Origin: Halarcobacter sp.
GTDB taxonomy: Bacteria; Campylobacterota; Campylobacteria; Campylobacterales; Arcobacteraceae
Reading direction: 5' to 3'
Assembly: GCA_048571215.1 (NCBI GenBank)
Contig: CP182352.1
Location: 3,008,001 to 3,072,000 of the forward strand
DNA: 64,000 bases
Shown: positions 29,689-38,245 of the stretch, piece by piece
Layout: the number at the start of each line of letters is the position of its first letter
Numbering within the stretch: the first letter of the stretch is position 1
The notes under the pieces: generated by a model
Database searches by the model: none
What the model was told of the DNA's origin: nothing
What the model saw: the letters and a program-made list of their open reading frames with translations, nothing else
Position numbers and translations under genes: made by a program

Positions 29689-30801
29689 ATGTCATACGCA
29701 ACACCAGAAGCAACTTTAAATTATGCAAAAAAATTTTCAACTTACAAAGACTTCTACATTCGTCACAACGACCTAATTTTTTCAAAACTTGGACTTGGTA
29801 CTTTCAATAAAGAACCTTATAAAGAAGAGAATTACCTTTTTCATTATATTGAAGGTGTAAAAGAATCGATAAAAAATGGAATAAACTTAATAGATACTGC
29901 AAGTAATTATAGATATGGACAAAGTGAAAAAGAGATTGGGATTGCTTTAAAAGAGTTATTAGATGAAAAAGAGATAACAAGAGAAGAGTTAATTATCTGC
30001 TCAAAGGGTGGATTTATTCAATTAGAATACCCATTTCCTAAAAATCCTTATGAATGGATTGATGAAAATATACTAAAAACAAAACTAGCTACAACTGATG
30101 ATATCGAACTAGATCAACACTGTTTAAGTGCAGACTTTATTGAATGGTCATGTAAAAAATCTTTAGAAAATGTTGGTATAGATTGTTTTGATATCTACTA
30201 CCTACACAATCCAGAGATGCAAATAGAAAAATTTGGTTACAAAAAATTTCTAAAAAAAATTGAATCAATATTTAAAAGATTTGAAAAAATGGCAGATCAA
30301 GGATTGATAAAATACTATGGAATTGCTGTTTGGAATGGTTTTATAAACCAAGAGGGAATAAATGAACATATTAATTTAGAAGATTTAGTAGAAATTGCAA
30401 ATAAAGTGGGTGGAGAAAACAATAGATTTAAATATATACAAACCCCATTCAATATTGGAAAAACTTCTATTTATACTATGCCTACACAAACTGTAAAAGG
30501 GGAAGAATGTACACTTTTACAAGCAGCACATAGACTAAAAATAGGTGTTATATCTAGCTCTTCCTTACTGCAAATGAATCTATTTAAAAAATCATTTAAA
30601 CCAGAGACTGGTTACCTACTTGACCCAAAAATGATTCTAAAAAATGATATTCAACTAGCTCTTCAATTTGTAAGATCAACACCAGGGATTATAAGTTCCC
30701 TATTTGCTTCAAAAGCTCCAATCCATGTAAGAGAAAACTTGGAGATTACAAAAATAAAATCAACTCCTAGAGCAAACTACGATTTAATGTATAGAGTGTA
30801 A
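29689..30801 (+). CDS. Aldo/keto reductase family protein
   Basis: LGLGT, GINLIDTASNY, SKGG, DIYYLHNPE. Confidence 0.88.
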   Translation: MSYATPEATLNYAKKFSTYKDFYIRHNDLIFSKLGLGTFNKEPYKEENYLFHYIEGVKESIKNGINLIDTASNYRYGQSEKEIGIALKELLDEKEITREELIICSKGGFIQLEYPFPKNPYEWIDENILKTKLATTDDIELDQHCLSADFIEWSCKKSLENVGIDCFDIYYLHNPEMQIEKFGYKKFLKKIESIFKRFEKMADQGLIKYYGIAVWNGFINQEGINEHINLEDLVEIANKVGGENNRFKYIQTPFNIGKTSIYTMPTQTVKGEECTLLQAAHRLKIGVISSSSLLQMNLFKKSFKPETGYLLDPKMILKNDIQLALQFVRSTPGIISSLFASKAPIHVRENLEITKIKSTPRANYDLMYRV

Positions 30802-30804
30802 TAT

Positions 30805-32451
30805 ATGATTTATGATGTTATTGTTGTAGGAGGTGGAGTAGCTGGACTAATGGCAGCTATTGAAGCTAAAACTGACACAAATAAAGTTGCAATCATAACA
30901 AAAGGAAATATCTTTAAATCCAACTCATCAATGGCAAGTGGTGGAATAAATGCTGTTTTAGATTTAGAAGATAAAGATGCAGTTCAATCACATATAGATG
31001 ACACTTACAAATCAGCAAAAGGCTTAGGTGATATAAAAACTATTACATATATGTGTAAAAGGGCTTCAGATATCATCTCAAAGCTTATTTCACATGGGGT
31101 TGAATTTGACAGGGATGAAAAAGGAAATATTGCACAAAGACCATTTGGTGGTGCAGGCAAAACTAGAACCTGTTATGTAGGGGATAAAACTGGTGGGGCA
31201 ATAACTCAAGCACTTATTAAAAAAGCTAGACAAATAGGGATTACTTTTTTAGTAAATACTTATGTGTTAAACCTTACTACCCATGAAAAAAAGATAAGTG
31301 GAGTAACCTGTCTTAGGAGGCTTGACTCTTCGGTATTGGTTTATCCAGCAAAATCAGTTGTCCTTGCTGGTGGGGGATATGCTGGAATTTTTAGAGGAAA
31401 CTCTACAAATGCTCAAGATTATACAGGTGATTTATTGGCTGTATGTTTAAGAGCTGGACTTACTTTAAAAGATATGGAGTTTATCCAATTTCATCCAACA
31501 GGAATTGCAAAAACAAACTATTTAGTTACCGAAGCTGCACGGGGAGAAGGTGGATACCTAGTAAATAGCAATGGAGAAAGATTTGTTGATGAGCTTGATA
31601 CTAGAGATAAGATTGCAAAAGCAATTTTAGAGCAACAAAATGAAGGTCAAGAGGTTTTTATAGATTTAAGGCACCTTGGATTAGAAAAGATACAGAAAAA
31701 ACTTCCATCTCTTTATTCAGTATCTTTTAACCAAACTGGAATTGATATAAGTAGTGAACTTCTAAAAATAAAACCTGTTGCCCACTATAGTATGGGTGGG
31801 GTAGCTGTTGATATGGTTGATAGTGAGATTAAAGGTTTATATATTTGTGGAGAGATGGCTGCAAATGGTGTACATGGAGCAAATAGGCTAGGTGGCAACT
31901 CTTTATTAGAAGGTACTGTATTTGGGGAACTAGCAGGACAAAAAGCCTTAGAATACTCTAAAAAAACAGAGTTTTTGCCAATAGATTACAATTTTGTGAT
32001 AAAAGATTTGCAAATGATAGATAAAATTTTTGCAGGGGAAACTTCTAAAAATTTCAATGCCATTAGAGTCTCAATGGGTAATGCAATGTTTGAAAATGTA
32101 GGGATATTAAGATCAAAAGATAGTTTAGTTAAGGCCTTTGATTATATAAAATACCTAAGAGGTCAATCTTATTCATTGCATTGCATAAATAAAGAGAAAA
32201 GAAATAATGTAGAACTAATCTCTATTTTAGAGTTAAGAAATGCCTTGGAAGTCTCAGAAGCTATGATTTTAGCTGCAAAAAAGAGAAAAGAAAGCAGAGG
32301 TGCTCATCATAGAATTGATTATACAAATACAGATGAAAAGTATTCAAAACATATCCTAATAAAAGAGGTAAAAAAAGGGTTTTTCAAAATAGAACTTGAA
32401 AATAAAGACCTATTATCTAGGTTTAGAAACCTCATACTAAATAAAGAATAA
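30805..32451 (+). CDS. SdhA/FrdA/NadB-family FAD oxidoreductase, stand-alone
   Basis: GGGVAG, QFHPT, TEAARGEGG, TRD, AHYSMGG, HGANRLGGNSL, ESRGAH. Confidence 0.88.
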   Translation: MIYDVIVVGGGVAGLMAAIEAKTDTNKVAIITKGNIFKSNSSMASGGINAVLDLEDKDAVQSHIDDTYKSAKGLGDIKTITYMCKRASDIISKLISHGVEFDRDEKGNIAQRPFGGAGKTRTCYVGDKTGGAITQALIKKARQIGITFLVNTYVLNLTTHEKKISGVTCLRRLDSSVLVYPAKSVVLAGGGYAGIFRGNSTNAQDYTGDLLAVCLRAGLTLKDMEFIQFHPTGIAKTNYLVTEAARGEGGYLVNSNGERFVDELDTRDKIAKAILEQQNEGQEVFIDLRHLGLEKIQKKLPSLYSVSFNQTGIDISSELLKIKPVAHYSMGGVAVDMVDSEIKGLYICGEMAANGVHGANRLGGNSLLEGTVFGELAGQKALEYSKKTEFLPIDYNFVIKDLQMIDKIFAGETSKNFNAIRVSMGNAMFENVGILRSKDSLVKAFDYIKYLRGQSYSLHCINKEKRNNVELISILELRNALEVSEAMILAAKKRKESRGAHHRIDYTNTDEKYSKHILIKEVKKGFFKIELENKDLLSRFRNLILNKE

Positions 32452-32485
32452 AACAAAAAATTTAACTTAAATAAAGGAGAAAAAT

Positions 32486-32692
32486 ATGGCAAAAGTGATG
32501 TTAAGAGAGAGTGAAGGGGTTATATACTTCTATTTCGCAAAAAAAGATATGGAAGAGACTATTGAGTCTTTAGAATTTGATACTCAAGAGAACTGGGGTG
32601 GAAATTGTGAATTATCAAATGGTGAAACATGGTGGATTAAACCAGGAGTTAAAAAGCTACCAAAAGAGGAAGTTTGTAAAAAGATTTCATAA
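32486..32692 (+). CDS. nifT: NifT/FixU
   Basis: KVMLR, Y.AKKDMEE, WGG..L.NG..W, LP. Confidence 0.9.
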   Translation: MAKVMLRESEGVIYFYFAKKDMEETIESLEFDTQENWGGNCELSNGETWWIKPGVKKLPKEEVCKKIS

Positions 32693-32703
32693 ATGAAGTG
32701 GCT

Positions 32704-32748
32704 GGATACTTTATAAACATATAATAATGTATATAAAGTGTCTTTCTT
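32704..32748 (+). terminator. Hairpin after nifT (probable terminator), followed by TATAAT before nifA
   Basis: GGATACTTTATAAACAT / ATGTATATAAAGTGTCT then TTCTT. Confidence 0.55.
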
Positions 32749-32782
32749 GTATATAATATAACTTTATTTTGAAAGGATACAA

Positions 32783-34330
32783 ATGGCACTATTTGACAGA
32801 CCAGAATGTGCAAGCTGTTTAACTGTAAAAGAACTTACAACTTTATATGAAATTGCATCAATTATCTCAAATCATTATGATTTAGATACATCATTAGAAA
32901 AATCTATAAAAATATTAAAAAATTCATTGCACTTAACAAACTGTACAGTGCATGTACTAGAAGATGAAGAATTAAAAGTATTTGCTTCTGTTGATTTAAG
33001 CAGAATACAAAAAAAACTTGCAACTTATAAAATTGGAGAAGGGGTAACAGGAATTGCTGCTCAATCAAAAGAACCTGTAGTTGTAGAAAATATCCATAGC
33101 GATTCATTATTTCTAAATAAATCTGGGAAAAGAGATTATACAAATCTATCATATGTAGCAGTACCTATGATAGTTGATAATGAAATGATAGGAGTTTTAG
33201 GAGCAACCTTAACTAAAACTACAGAGATTGGATTTGAGGACTGTGTTAGAATTTTGACTATTATTAGTTCTATTTTTGCACAAACAATTCACTCTTATCA
33301 ACTTAATAAAAATGAGAAAGAAAGATTAAAAGAATTGAAACTTTATTATAAAATGGAATGGGATTCAAAAGTTCACAACTTTGGAGATATCATTGGTGAT
33401 AGTCCAAAAATGCAACAAGTTTTCCAAGTAATACAAAGAATTGCCCAATCAGATGTTACAGTTTTAGTACGAGGGGAAACGGGTACGGGTAAAGAGTTAG
33501 TAGCCGCAGCAATTCACAAAAGAAGTAAAAGACAAGATGAACCTTTTATAAAATTAAACTGTGCAGCTATTACAGATACCCTTCTTGAAAGTGAACTTTT
33601 TGGTCATGAGAAAGGTGCTTTTACAGATGCAAGAGAGACTAGAAAAGGAAGATTTGAACTTGCAGATGGGGGAACTTTATTTTTAGATGAGATAGGTGAT
33701 ATCTCAGCTTCTGCACAAGTAAAACTTCTAAGGGTTTTACAAGAAAGGGAATTTGAAAGAGTTGGTGGAAGTAAAACTATAAAAGTAAATGTAAGATTAG
33801 TAGCAGCAACCAATAGAAATCTTGAAAAAATGGTTGAAGATGGGGAATTTAGAGAGGATTTATATTATAGATTAAATGTAATACCTATTGATTTACCACC
33901 AGTAAGAGAAAGGGGAGATGATATTAGACAACTAGTTGAATTCTTCTTAGAAAAAGCTATTAAAAACCATAAAAAGATGGTTAAAATAACAGATGAAGCT
34001 ATGGATATACTTATGAACTACCCATGGCCTGGGAATGTAAGAGAGCTTGAAAATACTATTGAAAGAATAGTATTGATGGGGAATGAAGATGGAATCAACA
34101 AGTTTGATATGATTCTTTTATTGCCTGCACTAAATGATGAAAAATTTAAAAAAGAGTTCAAATCTATACCTTTAGAGAATAAAACCTTAGAGGAGTTAGA
34201 AAAAGAAGCAATTATAAATGCCCTTCATAATAATAACTTCAATCAATCCCATGCAGCCAAAGAGTTAGGTATAACCCTTAGACAAATTGGATACAAAATC
34301 AAAAAATATGGGATAGAAAATGATATATAA
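32783..34330 (+). CDS. nifA: nif-specific sigma54 activator NifA
   Basis: GAF (GEGVTG), AAA+ (GETGTGKE, ESELFGHEKGAFTDA, WPGNVRELEN), HTH T.RQIGYK. Confidence 0.9.
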   Translation: MALFDRPECASCLTVKELTTLYEIASIISNHYDLDTSLEKSIKILKNSLHLTNCTVHVLEDEELKVFASVDLSRIQKKLATYKIGEGVTGIAAQSKEPVVVENIHSDSLFLNKSGKRDYTNLSYVAVPMIVDNEMIGVLGATLTKTTEIGFEDCVRILTIISSIFAQTIHSYQLNKNEKERLKELKLYYKMEWDSKVHNFGDIIGDSPKMQQVFQVIQRIAQSDVTVLVRGETGTGKELVAAAIHKRSKRQDEPFIKLNCAAITDTLLESELFGHEKGAFTDARETRKGRFELADGGTLFLDEIGDISASAQVKLLRVLQEREFERVGGSKTIKVNVRLVAATNRNLEKMVEDGEFREDLYYRLNVIPIDLPPVRERGDDIRQLVEFFLEKAIKNHKKMVKITDEAMDILMNYPWPGNVRELENTIERIVLMGNEDGINKFDMILLLPALNDEKFKKEFKSIPLENKTLEELEKEAIINALHNNNFNQSHAAKELGITLRQIGYKIKKYGIENDI

Positions 34331-34832
34331 AAATGAAGAGTTTGAGCTAACTGATGAGTTTATAGATGTGGGTTATTCAGCAGAAGAGTTTGAAGCTACA
34401 ACACTGAGTAAAGAGCCTATTGAGATAAAAAAAGCTAATTCAAATAGAATGATTCAAATCTTTTTATCATTTCCTAATTTTGAAGATTTTAAAGAAGAGA
34501 TTATTGAATTTGATGATTTTATGAATGATGCAAAAGTTGAAATATTTACTTATGTTATTTTCGATAAAAATATAGAAATTCCATATGAGTTAAAGAAGAT
34601 AATCCCAATTTTTGACTCAAATAATGAATTTGGTGAGATGTACGGAACGAAAATTGTAAGTGGGAGCTTAGAAGGTAAATTAACCAAAGCACTTTTTCTT
34701 ATAGGAAAAGATGGCGCAATTTATCATATTGATATGCCAAAAGATTTACAAAACCCTCTTGATATGGAAAGGGTTAGAATAGAAGTAAATAAGGTTTATC
34801 AATCATACACTGGAGTTGGATGCCATGGATAA
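34320..34832 (+). CDS. Third Tpx/redoxin-fold protein lacking the peroxidatic motif
   Basis: VG..A.EF, IQIFLSFP, EFGEMYG..I..GSLEGKLTKALFLIGKDG.I, C-terminal GCHG. Confidence 0.75.
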   Translation: MIYKNEEFELTDEFIDVGYSAEEFEATTLSKEPIEIKKANSNRMIQIFLSFPNFEDFKEEIIEFDDFMNDAKVEIFTYVIFDKNIEIPYELKKIIPIFDSNNEFGEMYGTKIVSGSLEGKLTKALFLIGKDGAIYHIDMPKDLQNPLDMERVRIEVNKVYQSYTGVGCHG

Positions 34833-35649
34833 TATTTTACAAGATTTAAAAGATGGTACAGTAATACCATTCTTAGGAATGGGTATTTTCGAGAATACCA
34901 CAACAAAAGATGGCAGTAAATTGCCATATGATAGTGATTCTATGATTTTAGCACTAAATAATGGAAGAGCAATGAGCCCAAGATTGATGTATGAGTACAG
35001 TAGGGCAGCAATGAGTTTAGAGCAAAGAAAAGGTAGAGAGTTTATTGTACAAATGACTAATCACATCTACTCTTCAAAAGAGTATGAACTACCAAAAACT
35101 TACAAATGGCTAGAAAAGATTATGCCTAAATATGTAATTGATACTAATGTTGATGATAGTTTACAAAAAATATATAGCAATGTTGAACACTTTCTAATCA
35201 CAGGGATTTCAAGAATTACTGCCGATTATGATAGATTTGTTATATATAAATATGATCCATCATCAAAAGAGTATACACAAGTTGAAGCTTCACAACTTAC
35301 AACTGATTTACCAATTTTATTTAAACCTATGGGTAGTACAAAACCTGAGATGAATTTTATTATCTCAGATGCTGACTTTGTTGACTGGTTAACAGAAGCA
35401 ATGGGCGGATATGCTGTGCCTCCAATCTTAAAAGAGTACAGAAAAAATAAAAAATACCTTTTTATGGGTGTAGATTTTTCTACTGATACTTTTAGGATGG
35501 TAGCAAATGAGATTACAATAGGTTTAGATGGTGGTTATACCCTAATTAATAAAGATGAATTAACAAAAAAAGAGGATAAATTTATCAAAACTCACAATTT
35601 GGAAAATATCAAAATTGGTGTTGATGAATTTATAAATAACAATGAGTAA
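34825..35649 (+). CDS. SIR2-like domain protein of the nif-associated type
   Basis: VIPFLGMG, AAMSLEQRKGR, ILFKPMGS, FIISDADFVDWLTE, LFMG. Confidence 0.75.
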   Translation: MDNILQDLKDGTVIPFLGMGIFENTTTKDGSKLPYDSDSMILALNNGRAMSPRLMYEYSRAAMSLEQRKGREFIVQMTNHIYSSKEYELPKTYKWLEKIMPKYVIDTNVDDSLQKIYSNVEHFLITGISRITADYDRFVIYKYDPSSKEYTQVEASQLTTDLPILFKPMGSTKPEMNFIISDADFVDWLTEAMGGYAVPPILKEYRKNKKYLFMGVDFSTDTFRMVANEITIGLDGGYTLINKDELTKKEDKFIKTHNLENIKIGVDEFINNNE

Positions 35650-36910
35650 AATAACAAATAGATGTGACTTCTGTGGTAAAGAGATAAAAGAAGTAAAAAA
35701 AATTTTTAGTAGTGAATCTTCTCATATTTGTGATGAGTGTATAACTATGTGTGCAAGTGTACTTGAAAAAGAGGTTATTCATGAAGCAAAAAAAGATTTT
35801 CAAAAAGGCTTAAGTGTTCCTATTAAGATAAAAGAACACTTAGATGATTATGTAATTGGTCAAACTGATGCAAAAAAAGTTTTAGCAGTTGCTTTATATA
35901 ATCACTATAAAAGGATTGATAAACCAACTATCAAAAATGTAGAACTAGAAAAATCAAATATAATGTTAGTTGGTCCTACAGGTTCAGGTAAGACTTTACT
36001 TGCAAAATCATTAGCTAAGATTATGGATGTACCTTTTGCAGTTGCTGATGCAACAGCATTAACAGAAGCTGGATATGTGGGGGAAGATGTTGAATCTATC
36101 CTATCAAGACTTTTAGCTGCTGCTGATTTTGACATAGAAAAGGCAAAAAGAGGGATTGTTTACATAGATGAGATTGACAAAATTGCCAATAAAAGTGAAA
36201 GCTCAACAAGTGGTAGAGATGTTAGTGGAGAGGGAGTACAACAAGGTCTTCTAAAGATTTTAGAGGGTGCTGAGGTTTATGTACCTGTAAAGGGTAGTAG
36301 AAAAAACTCAACTGCTGAAACAGTACTTTTTGATACAACTCATGTTTTATTTATCTGTGGAGGAGCTTTTGTAGGCTTACGAAAAGATAAAGAGAAAGAA
36401 AAATCTGCTGTTATGGGTTTTGTAAACAAAGATGAAAAAACTAAAGAGAAAAAAGATATTGAAGCAAAAGAGCTAATCTCTTATGGATTAATCCCTGAAT
36501 TTATAGGTAGAATTCCTGTAATTGCAGAACTTAATAAATTAACCAAAGAGGATTTAATAAGAGTTCTAAAAGAACCAAAAAATGCCATTACAAAACAGTA
36601 TGAGATACTTTTTGAACTTGATGGTGTTACTTTATCATTTAGTGATGAAGCCCTTGAAGAGATTGCCACTATTGCTTATGAAAAAGATGTTGGGGCTAGG
36701 GGACTTAGAGGAATTATTGAAAAAATTATGTTACCTCTACAATACACTATTCCATCAGAAGAAAACTTAGCTAGTTGTATAATAACAAAAGAGTACATCA
36801 AAAAAGAAGAAGAGATAGAGTTGATTTATGAAAAACCACAATCAGCAGAGAAAAAAGCTAAAAAAGAAGTGATGTACGATGATATTAAAAAACAATCTTC
36901 AAATATGTGA
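35642..36910 (+). CDS. clpX: ATP-dependent Clp protease ATPase ClpX (nif-linked paralog)
   Basis: CDFCGK..ICDEC Zn finger, [31 protein letters not shown] loop, GARGLR. Confidence 0.93.
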   Translation: MSKITNRCDFCGKEIKEVKKIFSSESSHICDECITMCASVLEKEVIHEAKKDFQKGLSVPIKIKEHLDDYVIGQTDAKKVLAVALYNHYKRIDKPTIKNVELEKSNIMLVGPTGSGKTLLAKSLAKIMDVPFAVADATALTEAGYVGEDVESILSRLLAAADFDIEKAKRGIVYIDEIDKIANKSESSTSGRDVSGEGVQQGLLKILEGAEVYVPVKGSRKNSTAETVLFDTTHVLFICGGAFVGLRKDKEKEKSAVMGFVNKDEKTKEKKDIEAKELISYGLIPEFIGRIPVIAELNKLTKEDLIRVLKEPKNAITKQYEILFELDGVTLSFSDEALEEIATIAYEKDVGARGLRGIIEKIMLPLQYTIPSEENLASCIITKEYIKKEEEIELIYEKPQSAEKKAKKEVMYDDIKKQSSNM

Positions 36911-37343
36911 TGCCTCGAAAGAGGATATCCCATATTTAATAAAACTACTTAAAAACCTATTTTCAATAGAAAAAGATTTTATCTTTAATGAAGAAAAACA
37001 TAAAGATGGTTTAGAACTACTTATTGAAAGTAAAAACTCCCATGTAATTTTAGTGAAATTTGAAAATGAAATTATCGCTATGATAACTATGCAAACTATT
37101 ATATCTACAGTAACTGGCTCAAAAGTTGGCTTACTTGAAGATTTTATTGTAAAAGATGATTTTAGAGATTTAGGAGTAGGAACCCATCTTCTTGATTACA
37201 CAAAACAATTAGCTACTAAAAATAACTTCAAAAGACTTCAACTTGTTTGTGATGAAAACAATGAAATTGCAAAAGAGTTTTATGCCAATAAAAATTTTAA
37301 AAAAAGCAATTTAACTGCTTGGTACTATCATATAGATAATTAA
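36879..37343 (+). CDS. GNAT family N-acetyltransferase
   Basis: EDFIV..FRDLGVGT.LL, N..AKEFY...F. Confidence 0.88.
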   Translation: MILKNNLQICDASKEDIPYLIKLLKNLFSIEKDFIFNEEKHKDGLELLIESKNSHVILVKFENEIIAMITMQTIISTVTGSKVGLLEDFIVKDDFRDLGVGTHLLDYTKQLATKNNFKRLQLVCDENNEIAKEFYANKNFKKSNLTAWYYHIDN

Positions 37344-37348
37344 TTCTG

Positions 37349-37364
37349 TGGAATAGTTTTTGCA
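37349..37364 (+). promoter_or_regulatory. sigma54 promoter of the ferredoxin gene
   Basis: TGGAATAGTTTTTGCA, GG-N10-GC. Confidence 0.87.
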
Positions 37365-37397
37365 TCTTTTACTTATATTTTTAATGAAGGATGAATT

Positions 37398-37784
37398 ATG
37401 GCAGTAAGAATTACTGAAGAATGTATTAGTTGTGAAGCATGTGCTCCTGAATGTCCAGTAGCAGCAATTTTAGAAGATGGTCATGAAAAGAACCCATTAG
37501 ATGATATCTTTTATGTAAAACCAGAATCATGTGTTGAGTGTGTTGACCATGCAGATGCTCCAAGATGTGCAGAAGCATGTCCAACTGAAGGTGCTATTGT
37601 TTGGGATATGCCTTATACAGCAGACTTCAATGACTATTATGCAGAAAAAAATGAAGAGGGTGTTTATAAAATTAGAGAACACAAGAAAAAAGGTCTGATG
37701 TTACCAAGCGTTAAAGAACAAAAATTTATTGCAGATATTGCAATGTCTGCAAGAGAAAATGCAGAAAATGTTCAAGATTTCTAA
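37398..37784 (+). CDS. 2[4Fe-4S] ferredoxin (FdxN-like) with a C-terminal extension
   Basis: CISCEACAPECP and CVECVDHADAPRCAEACP. Confidence 0.9.
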   Translation: MAVRITEECISCEACAPECPVAAILEDGHEKNPLDDIFYVKPESCVECVDHADAPRCAEACPTEGAIVWDMPYTADFNDYYAEKNEEGVYKIREHKKKGLMLPSVKEQKFIADIAMSARENAENVQDF

Positions 37785-37809
37785 TCTTTTCTACAAAGCT
37801 GTGTAGTTT

Positions 37810-37844
37810 AAAAGGGTCTCTTTTTATAAAGAGACCCTTTTTTT
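37810..37844 (+). terminator. Intrinsic terminator
   Basis: AAAAGGGTCTCTTT-TTAT-AAAGAGACCCTTTTTTT. Confidence 0.92.
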
Positions 37845-37915
37845 ATCTCTAAACCTGCTACCTTATTGCAACCTTATTATCATATTATAAGTTATTTAAA
37901 AATAAAGGATTTGGC

Positions 37916-38245
37916 ATGGTTGCAAATAGAAATATAAATAATCCCCTATTAGATGAACTTCATATTGCCATGAATTCGTCAAATATCAAGGAACTTAAAA
38001 AATTAGTTAATGCAAAAAACTTAAATGTAAGAAGAGCTTTAGCTAAAAATAGTGCAATTGATTCAGAAATAGCAAATAAATTAGCCTCTGACCCAGTATT
38101 AAATGTATCTTACATCGCATCACAACATGAAAAATGTACTATTAAAAGACCTTTTGATGAGGAGAGTATAAACCATCAATGTATCCAATGTACCATAAAT
38201 GAAAATCTATTAGATTGTATTGCTTGTGATAATCATATATATTAA
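37916..38245 (+). CDS. Hypothetical protein with HEAT/LRV-like repeats and a Cys-rich C-terminus
   Basis: NVRRALAKN, LASDPVLNV; C..CIQC..CIAC. Confidence 0.65.
   Translation: MVANRNINNPLLDELHIAMNSSNIKELKKLVNAKNLNVRRALAKNSAIDSEIANKLASDPVLNVSYIASQHEKCTIKRPFDEESINHQCIQCTINENLLDCIACDNHIY

Noticed and set aside
34825..35649. SIR2 anti-phage defence system
   Set aside because: No defence partner genes; the context is nif and it resembles the nif-associated SIR2-like type
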